Assembly: GCF_036321535.1 (NCBI RefSeq)
Contig: NC_087436.1
Coordinates: 72,912,001 to 72,976,000 of the forward strand
DNA from: Camelus dromedarius
Lineage: Eukaryota
Direction of reading: 5' to 3'
DNA length: 64,000 bases
The position numbers were made by a program, and so were the translations under genes. Positions 10,131-22,650 of this stretch are shown here, piece after piece (positions within the stretch are counted from its first letter, which is position 1; every line of letters begins with the position of its first letter). Under the pieces are notes generated by a model. That model worked only from the letters and a program-made list of their open reading frames with translations. It was not told the DNA's origin and did not search any database.

Positions 10131-11775
10131 GAGACTTGTAGCTCAGAAGGAAAGTCACCATTTTGGCCTCCTTTTTTCCACCTCTGTTCTCCTTGACCAC
10201 ATCATAGGGTACATGAGAGCAGAGACCCTACTCAGACACCCAGTATTTTGCAGAGTGCAAACTGGGTCATGTGGGTCACAGACACTCAATATATAGTGGT
10301 GTACATTCATAAGAACGAGTGAAAGATATACAGTGGATTCTGCCAGTTCTGGTTCTAATAGCAGTGGCAAGATTAGCAGTGGCAAGGTTAGAAAGTGAAT
10401 TTCCTCCAGGTCAAATATTCTGCCCGTGTCATTCAAACAAACTCAAGACACGTGCTGATGCCTTCAGGGAAGATAATGGAGGTGAAGCAGAGAGTACTGA
10501 ATGTGGAGAAAGGACAGTTTTCTAACCAGTAGCACACAGAGGTCTGGGGCATGCATACCTCTGGTCTTCACAACTGTTGGTGGAGGCATAGCCATCAAGG
10601 GAGGGTCATATCTGGACCACCTGGATCTCTGGGTCTTTCCTGAATTACATTAACTCCAAGGAAGTCTCTTTTGAAGTGTGGGGGCTAGAGGAAGGGCAAC
10701 CACTAGTGGAAAGATTACTCCAAGGAGTTTCCAATAATGTAAGCTAGATAAAATGTTGAGACAGGAACAAGTAGAGAAGCCATAGACAGAGAAAAGGAGA
10801 GAGAAAGAAAGGNNNNNNNNNNNNNNNNNNNNNNNNNNNNNNNNNNNNNNNNNNNNNNNNNNNNNNNNNNNNNNNNNNNNNNNNNNNNNNNNNNNNNNNN
10901 NNNNNNNNNNNNNNNNNNNNNNNNNNNNNNNNNNNNNNNNNNNNNNNNNNNNNNNNNNNNNNNNNNNNNNNNCCACCAAAATTGCCCTTGCAATGCCCTG
11001 CTTGTCATTAGCCCAAATTTCAACCCACATCCTTTCTATGGGGACAGTCCCAGAGTACGCGTCTCATAAAGATTTTTTCTATCACTGCCCCTTAAGCACG
11101 ACTTTCAAATGTCCTCCCCTTTTCCCATTGATCATAAACCCTTTTCTCNNNNNNNNNNNNNNNNNNNNNNNNNNNNNNNNNNNNNNNNNNNNNNNNNNNN
11201 NNNNNNNNNNNNNNNNNNNNNNNNNNNNNNNNNNNNNNNNNNNNNNNNNNNNNNNNNNNNNNNNNNNNNNNNNNNNNNNNNNNNNNNNNNNNNNNNTCAT
11301 TACTAGGATTTTTGTGCATGAAGGTCAGTTAAACTTCAAATTATAGGCCAAGAGACAAGGAATAAAAAGAGCCCACAGTGCTACTGCTGAATGTTCTCTC
11401 CACATGTAACAAGTGTGCCTTCAGGTCATCTCGCTGGGAATATTATGACATAACCTGGGCTCAGCTCCATTTCTTCCACTTCAGCTTTTCCAGAAAAATG
11501 CACGGCTGCAGCACTAATTGACCAGAGACTCTCTTGCCCTCTCTTCCCAAAGAATCTCCTTTGCGGTCACATCTATTCAATTAATTCACTCAATAATCAG
11601 GAGAAATGCACCCACTCTGTGTCAGGTACATGGCAAGCCTCCAGGCATATTAGATTAAATAAGACTAGTCTCTGCTCTCAGAATGCTCAGCACAATTAAA
11701 GAACAGAAAACAAAATCAAAGATCGCTGTAAAGTATGATGAATAGAATGATAGTAACAATAACAGGAATAATAAT

Positions 11776-11998
11776 ATTAACAGATACACTATTGTATATA
11801 AAATAGATCAACAAAGACCTACTGTAGAGCACAAGGACCATATTCAATTTCTTGTAGTAACATATAATGGAAAAGATCTGTAAAGAAAATATGCATATGT
11901 ATGTGTATGTATAACTGCTTTGCTTTGCTTTGCTGTACACCTGAAACTAACATTGTAAATCAACTACACTTCAATAAGAAATAAAACTAAAGAAAAGA
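11776..11998 (+). mobile_element. Cetartiodactyl-type L1 3' tail, inserted among L2/MIR remnants
   Basis: attaacagatacact...acctactgtagagcacaagga...ctgtacacctgaaactaacattgtaaatcaactacacttcaataa plus an A-rich tail. Confidence 0.85.
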
Positions 11999-11999
11999 A

Positions 12000-12215
12000 T
12001 AGTTGCTGAAATGTATTGAATTTCTACTATGTGCCAGCCACACATTTTCATGGATTGATTCATGGATTTGACTCATTCACATATTAAGTCACACAACCCT
12101 ATAAAGGCAGAGACTTATTGTTCTCTATTTTGCAGGTGAGAAAAATGAAACACAGAGAGGTTAAGTAATTTGTTTATCTAGTTGATAAAGGGCCAAGCCT
12201 TGGTTTGACCCCATA
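12000..12215 (-). mobile_element. MIR remnant
   Basis: ctactatgtgccagcc...cacaaccctata...attttgcaggtgagaaaaatgaaacacagagaggttaagtaattt. Confidence 0.75.
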
Positions 12216-14530
12216 CACATACCCTAAAGCATTTAAATCAGACCAAGTAACCCTACTTTTTGGTGTACACTGAGTACTCTCTGTGTACCATGTGCTGTGC
12301 TGGACATACAAAAAGCCTCCTAAGACCTCACGGTTTCAGTGGAGCAGAGAGCCATGTAAAGATGTAATAGTAAAGTGGTACCCTTGGCACTATAAAGAGA
12401 AGGTGAAAGTAAGGTACAGAAGAAGTACAGGACAGGAGGTGGGCATGTTATCAACGGTAAGGCCTGGGGAAGATTTCACATGGGTGGTGTTTGCCCAGCC
12501 AGAAGCAAAAAAAGACCTCTGAAAAGACAGCACTTGGCAGCAGCAGGAAGGAGGCTCATCCTTCTGTGGTTGTGTGATCTCTCTGGCAGCATCACAGATT
12601 GCTAAGTGTCATAAGGCAAACTCATCTCCTGCCTGGGGATTCAAGAATGGTCAGACTCTATAGATCCAGGTTCAGGGAAAGATGGGAGGAGAGCCTTCTA
12701 TCTAAGGCAGGCTCTCCAGGTCTGGCCATACCCTGGCCAGAGGCACCAGACAACTTGTGAGCTCACTAGAAGGGTCTGGTCTCCATTAGGGGCCTGAGAT
12801 TTCCCCAGGGAACTTGGACTCTTTTGGCAGAGAGAATCTGTGCTCATATAGAATATAAATTTGGAAGGAAAGAGGATCAGGTTTACTCATTTTTGAATCC
12901 TTGTTGATGAAACCCCCAAGTTCCATGCTCAAATCACACCTGAGGCACACCACTTCTAGAGCTACACTAACTGTTACAATGATCAGAAACATCTCGCAGG
13001 ATGCAATTACAAAGAGACTTTATGTTTTGTTTCCTACAGTTCTTATTTTGTTGTTGTGGTTTCCTTATTTCTGGATGAAAACTTAGAAAATTCTTTTTTT
13101 AAAATATTTTGAAATCTGATTAAAGTTGTAAAGTCTCAATTCACAATCAAGACGTCTGGTCCTCACTCAAAGGTGAGACATCTCCATTCTCCTCCAGCCA
13201 GGTTCTGCAGCCAGCAGCAAGGTTGAAGCTGGGAAGGGAGGGGTGATGGGCTTCTCCCCTTCTCTCTCACATTCTCCCTCATCAGCAGTTGCTGTCCTTA
13301 ATGCTTCTGAGCTAAGAGACAAGGGTGTGGGAGAGTGAGAGGGAGAAAAAGGGAAGGAAAACAGGAAAGCTTTCATTTGACACAGGCCCTGTCATAAGCT
13401 CATCTAGAACTTTCAGAGCCCAGCAGATGATTAGAGCCTGCTTTTCCTTTGCTGGGCATATTCACTTACTGTTCAGGAAACTTCCATCACTAGGCTTGTT
13501 CTCCCTGAAGTTCTCTTGATTCTCCTGGGTTCCTCCCTATTCCACCTTGTGGCCTCGAACCTAGGGACTTGACCATATCCTCAGCTTCTCTTTTCTGAGG
13601 CTTGTTTGGCCATCCAGAGGGTCTTCTGAAACGAAGACAACTCTAGGCCAGCATTCCCACTGTGTGCAGAACCCACTGTGTGCAGTCCACATCAGCAAAA
13701 GGGAAACACACAGGTATCCTTTCACAGCCACCCTGGGGGTACAAGCCAAACCCAGGACACTGATCCATCAGCTTATCCATCAGCAACTAGACTTTTCCAC
13801 TTTCTTTCTTCAGGCAGGATTCCCACGCAGTCACTATGAGCCTGTCAAACTGCAGGCAACTCACAATGATCTCAATGAATTTTCAGTGGTCTCCTTAGAA
13901 CAAACACCTCCTTTTTGAGTTGAGGTCCAGGGGAAAGCCTCACCCACCCTTCCCCTTCAAAAGGAGATAGAACTCAGTACACAAATGGTCCTCTCCCAAA
14001 AGTCCTCTTCCTCCTCAAAGCCTCTATTGTTATAAAGCAACTAAGTCTTGGCCACCTACATTTTTCAAATTCAAATCAGTGCTCTCTCTCATAACTCAGT
14101 TATCTGATGCTTCTATTTTAATATCCTGTTATGTAACCATTGCTCAGCCTCAATGAATAGATAAGAATGACTGTGGTTATCTTATCCAAACATTACAGAT
14201 TCAGAGCTTATATTGTCATTGTAACTACATGCTTCATTATATCTTAGTTATGTTGAGTACCTTTCTATACTCATGAGCTTAATAAATTCCTGTAATTTGT
14301 AACTCTTCAAATTCAAATTAGGTATGATGATGTCACTAAGGACATTCAACCCACCCTCCACGGTGGCAGTTGGCTCCTTCAGTGACATACTAAGAAATTA
14401 AGCTTCCATTTTATAGAGATATTCTGGGTTTGCCCTAGTATCCTTCAGTGTGACTTCATTCCCCACCAATCAAGACACAAGTTAAGACAACGGATAAAGG
14501 AAAATTGATATTCTTAGCTATCCTCTAAGC

Positions 14531-14712
14531 CAGTAATTCTCAATTTTATTGTGTATTTGAACTTCCTAGGAAGTGTTTTTGTTTTGGTTTAGGTTTTGTT
14601 TTGTTTTTGTTTAATGCATATCCCCAGGCCCTGATCTCAGAACTTCTACTTCCATAAATCTCAGTTGAGCAGGGATCAACCACATGACAAGCCTCCAGGT
14701 GACTCTGATACA
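14531..14712. mobile_element. MER5-like hAT-Charlie MITE
   Basis: cagtaattctcaa...ccccaggccc...tcaga...aagcctccaggtgactctgat. Confidence 0.6.
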
Positions 14713-15894
14713 AGTGTTTGATTTTCAGATCATCCTAGGAGAGATCTCGATGCATGCTCACATCTCCTTTCCTAGGCAGGAACTGCAAATTATGATTTGA
14801 TTATGGTTTGCAGCATAATCATCCTATTACATTTTCTCCAAACCCAGGACTGGTGTCCACTGGTGTTCTTATTGGACTGGAATCACAACCACTAGGGTAA
14901 CAATGTAATGAAGCTTCCCCAACCCCCTGCTTTGTAGCTTGTCTCTTGATTCTGTTACTCCCCGGAACTCTTTTCTCCCTATTTCTGCTTATGAAGCAGA
15001 CTGGGACTACAGCCATCAAGAAGAGGGTATAAGGATTTCCTTTCATCTTAAACTGCCTTTAATTCCTATTGGTACATTTCTGACCCCCTGAGCCATTGCC
15101 CAGACACGCCTGTTAGCTTTTTTTATTATCAAAGGACATTTGGACTCATGAGGCCATAGCTGGCTTGACCAATTGATTAAGAGAGTTTCACCTCGTTGGG
15201 AAACTCAGCCTGAAGTAGACAGAGGAGAGTGCCAAGTGGAATCAAAGCTTCATATAGAAGTGTAAAGCCTTCTTAATGAATCTGACTGGGCTTTGGCTAT
15301 AAAAGTAAGCACAATTCTGATTTGTCCATTAAAGTTAATTGGTTCATAATTGCCCTTTAAGTTAAAGAAATTCTGGCTTGGAATATCTGCAGTTCTCAAA
15401 GTGAGCTTCCCAGGACTGCAGATGAAGAAATGGTTCTCTTTGTTGTTATCCTCAGAACCCTGTGCTCACCATCATTTGTCTCTTTTTGAAATTTTAAGAC
15501 AAATACCCATCAGTTATCATTTTGTACCCATGTACACCTTGTTTCCACTTATTCTCTCAAACTACCTCTTCCTCTTCATTTTCCTTTATTCCCACATACT
15601 CTTCTCCATCCTGATACACATAGACACACGCACACACACACTCATACAGTGGCCTCACCACAATCTTCCTGGGCCTCAGCCCTCTGAGATGAAGCCTTGC
15701 AACTCTGTAGCAGTTCTCAGGGGGCCAGCATCACCTGCTGGATGCAGCAGAAGTAGACCTATAGACTTAGAATGGCTTCCTCCTGTCGGAAAACCAGAAG
15801 GTGCTAATAGCAATAGGAAATGGAAAGGGAAGAGCTTACACATATCTGGAGAAAAATAAAGATTGAAGCTAGGGGTTCTCTAGAGATGGGAACA

Positions 15895-17340
15895 GGCTCC
15901 AGCTAGGCTGCCCCAAACAACGACTAGGCCTACGGCAAGAATGAAAATGGAGGCCCACATAGCATACTTCTAAGTATTGTAAAAATTTAACTCAGGCTAA
16001 AAAAAAAAAAACAACAACAAACAATAGAGTATATTCTGTCCTCTCATCCTAATAAATACACATTCATAACAACAAAATAAAAAGTTGTGTGAAGCTATGC
16101 TTTGCTTCTGACTGAGGATGACTCAATCGAATTGTTACTATGTAAGTCTAGGTGTTCTGTTGATAGTGGCTCAGTCTGGGCGGCCTTGTGATGAGCAGTT
16201 GAGTAATAAGAAAACACACATAATTTATAAAGTACTGGTATCTGTTCTTTAAGATTATTTTTCCTTATTTGCCTTCATTTCAGCAAAATCACTAATTATG
16301 TTGTTACAGTAGAAAGTATCCACATAACTTAATGGAAAACAATATTGGAGATTCCTCAATGAATTAAAAATAGATCTACCATATGATCCAGCAATCCCAC
16401 TTCTGGGTATACACCCAAAGGAAACCAAAACAGAACTTTGAAGAAATATATGCACTTTCATGTTTATTGCAACATTGTTCACAATAACCAGATATGGAAA
16501 CAACCTAAATGTCCATCAGCAAGTGAATGGGCCATCTGTGATATGTATACAATGGAATATTACTCAGCTGTTAGGAAGGAGAACATCCTGCCATTTGCAA
16601 CAACATAGACGGACCTTGAAAACATTACCAAAGTGAGGTAAGTCAGATAGAGAAAGACCAGTAATGTATGATGTCACTTATATGTGGAATCTAAGAAAGT
16701 AAAATTCATAAAAACAGAGAATAAAATGGTCACCAGGGATAGAGGTGGGAGAACAGGACACATGTTTGAGGTTCCATACTTACAGTGAGTAGTAAATAAA
16801 CCCTAGAGATCTAATGCATAGTATAGTTAATATAGACAACAATATTGTATTATAATTACCAAACTTGCCAAGAGACTAGAACTTAATTATTCCAACCAAT
16901 AAAAAGAAAGGATAATTATGTGACAGTGATAGGGGTGCTAATTATCACTACAACGACGATCATACTACAATATACAAATGTACCAAATTAACATGCTGTA
17001 CACCTTAAATTCACAGAATGTTATATGTCAAATATATTTTGATTGAAAAAAAAGATTATCCAAGCAATTTGGGTTCTATTGACAGTGATGATCTAAAGGC
17101 TTAACAAGTAAAGCATAATTGTAAAAAGGCCAGGGACTGGACTCTTGCTGACCTCACTTCAGTCACATGTTTACCATGAACTTAGCACCATGGCCCAAGG
17201 GATGGAATGCTCTGATCGGTCAGATCTGTGTCATCTCAGCAATCATACAGCCAATGAGAAGGTCTTTATCCACCTCCAGCCCTTGCCTTTCTTCTTCAAT
17301 TTCATGCACACACCACAAAGACTCAAGGAAAAAATATCAT
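15895..17340. mobile_element. Probable ancient hAT (Tip100-like) element interrupted by the L1 at 16331-17053
   Basis: Left end contains gcaagaatgaaaatggaggccc, a motif I associate with Tip100-class elements; boundaries are uncertain. Confidence 0.35.
16331..17053 (+). mobile_element. 5'-truncated L1 (L1MA9-like): ORF2 end, 3'UTR and A tail
   Basis: ctaccatatgatccagcaatcccacttctgggtatacacccaaagg...ccctagagatctaatg...ctgtacaccttaaatt...aaaaaaaa. Confidence 0.9.
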
Positions 17341-17499
17341 AGAGGGTAATCACAGGTAAAAATGTGCAGCATTGCTGTTTCTCATTTTTCTTCCAATTAA
17401 CATTTAATGAAAGCGTGAAAAGGGAACGTTTTTGGAAATGAGGTGCCTTTGAAGGATTCTTTTTAAAATTGTATCTGTGGTAACATTTTGAAAGGGGAC

Positions 17500-17845
17500 A
17501 TGTAATCATAGTAAATAGCTAAAGAAAATCTTGCTTTCTATTTATATATGGTTCAAAAAGTACAAAACTAAAAATATATGATTTTAGGCTCTGTGGTCAA
17601 ATCTATAAAGAAAAGCAAGAGGATAAAAAAAAAAAAAATCCCACAAAATTCCAGCAAGTGGTTACTTTTAAGGAGAGAACAGGGCAGGGATGAGATCAGA
17701 AAAGGCACAGAATGGGTATTGTTAATATTCCATTTCTCAAGCTGGGATCAGTTACGTAGGTGTTCATTTTATTAGTAGTATTATTTTATAATATTATAAA
17801 TATTATGGGTATTTAACCTTTAATTTTAATTAAAAAAAAAGAAAA
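17500..17845 (+). mobile_element. Old L1 (L1MC/ME-like) 3' end
   Basis: caagtggttactt...gggatgagatcag...attccatttctcaagctggg...gtgttcattttatta...A-rich end. Confidence 0.6.
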
Positions 17846-18239
17846 TCTAGCCTAAGTTTAATTGGAGACTTTTGTAAGTAGGAAGTTGCAGGGATTGTGG
17901 TTTGACTAGAATAATTATATTATTTGTAGTAAGTATGTGAGAGGCCCCGTTCTCTGCCTTTTCTTTACCTTTGACCTCCTGTTTAGTTGCTTGAATCTGC
18001 CCTGATTCTGTGAATAAAGCTGGAATTGAGTTAGACAGTGATGCCGTCACCTCCTGCCCAGCAGTCTTATAACCGTCCATGGCAGTATGACTGCTATGAA
18101 GTATTCACACTAAACAGCTGCTTTGGACTTGGGAACAAGAAAGCTCTAGGTGCATTCTCTTCTGCAGGCTTCTTCCTGATGCCCCTGTGTAAAGCAGACA
18201 GTCTACAATCTCAGATGCTTCATCAGAGATGAGACTGTG

Positions 18240-18622
18240 TGTTATGGACTAACTGTGTCCCCCCGAATTCATATGTTGAAGCCCCAACCTGCTTTATGAA
18301 TGTATTTGAACATGGAGCCTTTTGGAGGTAATTAGGGTTAGACGAAATCATGAGGGTGACCCCCTCATAATGGGACTAGTGCCCTTTTAAGAAGAGGCAC
18401 AATATTTCTCTCTCTCGCTCACTCTCGTTCTCGTTCACTCTCCCTCTTTCTTTCCCTCTCTCTCATGTGGGGACATAATCAGGAAGAGGGGTTATCAGGA
18501 AGCAAATTGGCCAGACTTTGATCTTGAACTTTCCAGCCTCTAGAACTGGGAGAAAATAAATTTCTGTTTTTTAAGCCACCCACCTGTGGTATTTTGTTAA
18601 GGCAGCTCAAGCTGGCTGATAT
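18240..18622 (+). mobile_element. MaLR solo LTR (MLT1A-like)
   Basis: tgttatggactaactgtgtccc...atgttgaagcccc...ttccagcctctagaactgggagaaaataaatttctg...ggtattttgtta. Confidence 0.85.
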
Positions 18623-19620
18623 ATAAAATCAATATCATTAACTAAAGAGAAAGGCGATGTGTAGCAGCAGTAATTGATCTCATAGGATTCGTAGTCTTGA
18701 ACATTAAAAGATAGTTTAACATTAAAAAGATAGTTTTTAATGATAAAATTAGGGCATCACTTTTGTTATATTCCATGTGTACCCAGCCTCATTTGGAGTA
18801 AAATGAGGCAGTTATATACACGATATGATTTCCTGAAATTCAGTCTCTCCTCCAGCTGTGACAGTGCCTGAAGTTCTCTCCCCTTAGGGTCACTGTTCAA
18901 AAAACTTCCAGAAAATAGGCATTTTAAACTGTCATTTTCAAGGAATAACAAAAAACGTGTAACACATTCGGAGGGATGACTTGGACTTTGGCAAAGCTGT
19001 TTCAGGTTTTATCATCCGAGTCTCATGTCAGAAATGTGACAAAAGCAGGGCAAATACTATTATTGTTGTAGAAACAAGTGTCAGGGGGAATGAATGAGAG
19101 GCTTGCCTTAATCTACACAGGGTGGCAGATTCAAAACAGTAGAAACGCATAACCATCCCTCAATTTCCTTGGACTCAGGGGAAGAAACTGAGAAGTTACT
19201 AAGCGGGAAGATACTAAGCAGGGAGTTACTAAGCAAGGGGGCTGGATGATCCTGAGGGCTATTTGATCCAAACCATGAGAGAACTGTGGTGTGATGAACT
19301 GCTCCTTCTCACCATGGTAGGCAGCTCACTCAGGGAAAGTGTCTCTCTACCTGAAGGACACAGAACTACCACCAACATGTTCCTTTCTGGTTCTGATCTC
19401 CAGGCTGGCCAAGCCTCTTCTTTTTGCTTTAATTACACCTCTTTCTGTATGCAACAGATTTTTATAATATATTGTACTTTAGGAATACGCATTGTCAAGA
19501 TTAGGCTCAAAGTGATTATTTTCTAACTTCGAGCATACCTGCAAGTCTTTGCACATGTCATTACTCCCTGGAATAATGATAATATAATATAATATAATAA
19601 TAATAATATAAATTATATTA

Positions 19621-19740
19621 CCCTCATTTTACAGAAGAGGAAACTGAGGCTCAAAGATGTAAAGTAACTCTTTCAAGGCCTCACCAATACTAGGTGATAA
19701 GCTGGGATCAGGACTCAAGACTGCACAGCTGTCCTGACCC
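19621..19740 (-). mobile_element. MIR remnant
   Basis: cctcattttacagaagaggaaactgaggctcaaagatgtaaagtaact. Confidence 0.75.
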
Positions 19741-19986
19741 CCAACATCACTTCTCTCTACTCCTTCCCAGAGTGACTGCATACAAGTAATTAACCATGTT
19801 AACATGAAAGTAAGATTAACTGGACACAACCAATCTAAAATTATAAGTCAAAAACACAAAATTTTGAGAATTGTACTTGTTGTGAGGCTCTATTAAAATG
19901 AAGATAATGTTGTCAAGACAATGGCAAAAATAAGGTGATAAACAGGATGGAACCTAATAGGAAAAGCATTTGAATCTGTAAAGGAA

Positions 19987-20600
19987 TGTCAGTTGACATT
20001 AGGTTCTCCAGGCAGTGGATACCGAGACAGATTTAGAAATCCAAGAGGTTTATTGGAAAGATGTCTCAGTCCATTAGGGCTGCAATAAAAAAAAAACAAC
20101 ACCGTATACTGGCTAGCATATAAACAACGGAAATGTCTTTCTCACAGTTCTGGAGGCTGGGGAGAAAGCAAGGACATTCTCCCCACCCCCTATCTTTCCA
20201 ATTGCCCATCACAAAAGACAAAGAGGGAGGAAGAAGGTGGATTGGGCAGGAAAAGCCTTTTAGCCACAAGGTTGACTTGTCACCTGCAAAAGGAAAGTGA
20301 AAAGGAAGCAAGATTGGACAGGGAAAGCCTCAAAATGGTGATGCTGATCTAACAGGTCTCTGCCAACTCAGTGGGTCATTCCAAACCCATTGGGTAAAAA
20401 TGGCGAGGCCCAAGGAGCCCCACCCTGCCCACTGGTTGACTGGGAGTTGCCCAGAAAGAGTTTGGCCTCAGCTTGAAGGCTTTGGTAGACCCCAAAGGGG
20501 CTGCAGCTGGAGGCTGTCAGTTTTCTGCCCTCTGGGTGGCTGGAAGGCAAATTCTTTCCTAAAGAGAGGTTGGAGTGGTTATTCTCCATGGCTCACTCAG
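19987..20600 (-). mobile_element. Old ERVL/MaLR-class LTR containing a MLT1A-like fragment at 20062-20162
   Basis: aggttctccaggcag...gagacagattt...gaggtttattgg, then tgtctcagtccattagggctgc...tctcacagttctggaggctgg, after which the host LTR resumes. Confidence 0.6.
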
Positions 20601-21178
20601 ACAGTGCACTTTATTAAGGAGTAGGGGGTCTTCCTCAAGATTTGTTGCAGCCAAGGTGAAATATCTCCATGTACATCCCTTTCTTTAGTCACAGCTTCAT
20701 GTTCATTAAGTAACATTCAGATGAGCCATTTGGTTTAGTAGGTACTCCAATCCTGGAAAAGAAGTCATTGAGAAACCCAACTCAAAGTATGACAGCCACT
20801 AGGGGAGAGGTTACCCATTGAAATGAACACACAGACCATCAAAACAGTATTGCTACTAGCCCATTCCACAATTTTACAGGTGAGGAAACCAGTCCACAGC
20901 AAGGCTAACTCACTTGCCTATGATCATAGAATGATGGAACCAAGTAGAATCCAGATCCACTCTACCCACTCACTCTTACTAAGAAGCGTCAGAACACATT
21001 AGACCAATCACTGCTGCATACCACATAGAAATTCTGTGTCTAAACATGAAAAGCTAAGGACCTAGTTGGGATTCTGTTAATCATTTAACAACCCGTGAAA
21101 TTTCTCCAGAAACAGTCTGTTAAACATTATTCACATGTGTCACACATTGTGTTATAGCAGGTATTTTACATATACGTA

Positions 21179-21285
21179 TTTTTTTATTGAAGTATAGCCA
21201 GTTTACAATGTTGTGAAAATTTCTGGTGTACAGCATAATGCCTCAGTTATACATGAACATACATATATTCGTTTTCACATTTTTT
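21179..21285 (-). mobile_element. Short cetartiodactyl-type L1 3' tail
   Basis: tttttttattgaagtatagccagtttacaatgttgtg...tttctggtgtacagcat. Confidence 0.85.
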
Positions 21286-22650
21286 AATGGCTTTGAATTT
21301 TCAGTCCATTAATGTTGCTGTAGCTAAAACAGATCCATGTGTAGCACAACAAAATTTTTCAAGGGCCCTCTTATGATGAAGTTGCCTATCTTTCACAGGC
21401 TTTATAGTTTTAAAACTTAGTGGAAAATTCTGTAGTCCTAGGTGAAATATTGGTGTCTTGTATGTCTTAGTACCTATTTTGAGATCAAGGCCACAGGTCA
21501 TGTACATTTTACAGCAAAAGTCCATAGGGCATATATAGAGGAGAGAGGAAAATATTTAACTTTTAAATCAGTCCTTATGTATAACATTCTCACAGTTGCT
21601 TTTAGATGAATAGTCATCTATAGTCATCACATTACCATATTCATATTATCAAATAGTTTTAAAATTTTTATTAGAAATTATGCATAATTTACGATGATTG
21701 TCCCCTTAACAGTTTTTAAGCAGTTCACTGTGTTTATCAGACTCAGTAGTCAGTCAAGAGAGCGATAATCTCCATTTAAATGAGATGGTATTTCTACTCT
21801 CACTCCGTCCTAACTCACTCCCAACCTCAAATGAAAACCAGGTCATTTTGCCATATTGGTAAAGCCAGTAGGCAGACATCTAAATATTATATGAAATAAG
21901 GAGCTCGGAAACCTCATTTGACCAGAGATGTCTCAAGTTTTGATATCCTGTGATCACTAACTTTCTTCTGCTTTGTCTGTAACACTCCTGGGCTCAACCC
22001 AACACCCTGGGCCCATCCCAGCACCCTGGGCACATTTCCCACTCACCTACGCTTCCATACTGGAGACCCCTCTCCACCAGATCGACTGAGGCAGGGGACC
22101 TCGTTTTACATCTTCTCTCCTACTTTCTCATTCTGTTGCACTTTCTTTTTGCTGTAGCATTTACCAGAATTTTAATGCATTATTGGCTGAGCACTTATTT
22201 GCTGAATGTCTGTCTCCCTACAAGATTATGGAGCTCGGAGGGGAGGGGACAGTGTTTTCCTTGTTTTCTGCTATATTCCAGGGCCTGGAACTAATAAGTT
22301 TTGAAAAAATGGTATTTTTCTTCCCCTAGACTCAGGTGCACAAAATTGGCCCATCTCTTTCCTCAGCTTGTGGTACAACATCAGCACTGGCCCAGGCCAC
22401 ACCTTCCTTTAGTTTATCCCAAATCATGTTTCTCAACCTACAGTTAGTTTACCCCTACCCATATTTTCCCGATCCTCATTCGCATTTCTCTCGCCACCTG
22501 TAAGACCTCAACATTCATGTATTTTGTATATGATCTGCCACTTGACATCTTTGGAAATGATCGGTATTTTCCAGTTCTCTATCTATGCAATGGTTACCTA
22601 GATTGATATGGATACTTGAAAAGACATATAACGTTGTTTAGTACATGTAC

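Noticed and set aside
10140-11560. Possible processed pseudogene or endogenous viral fragment on the minus strand
   Set aside because: All frames I translated have frequent stops, and I recognised no protein, poly(A) tail or TSD. Only the unexplained gaps are kept as a finding.
10360-18736. Small 14-18-bp tandem duplications (about 10360-10390, 13656-13685, 18700-18736)
   Set aside because: Two copies only; ordinary slippage. No CRISPR-like repeat-spacer array exists in the window.
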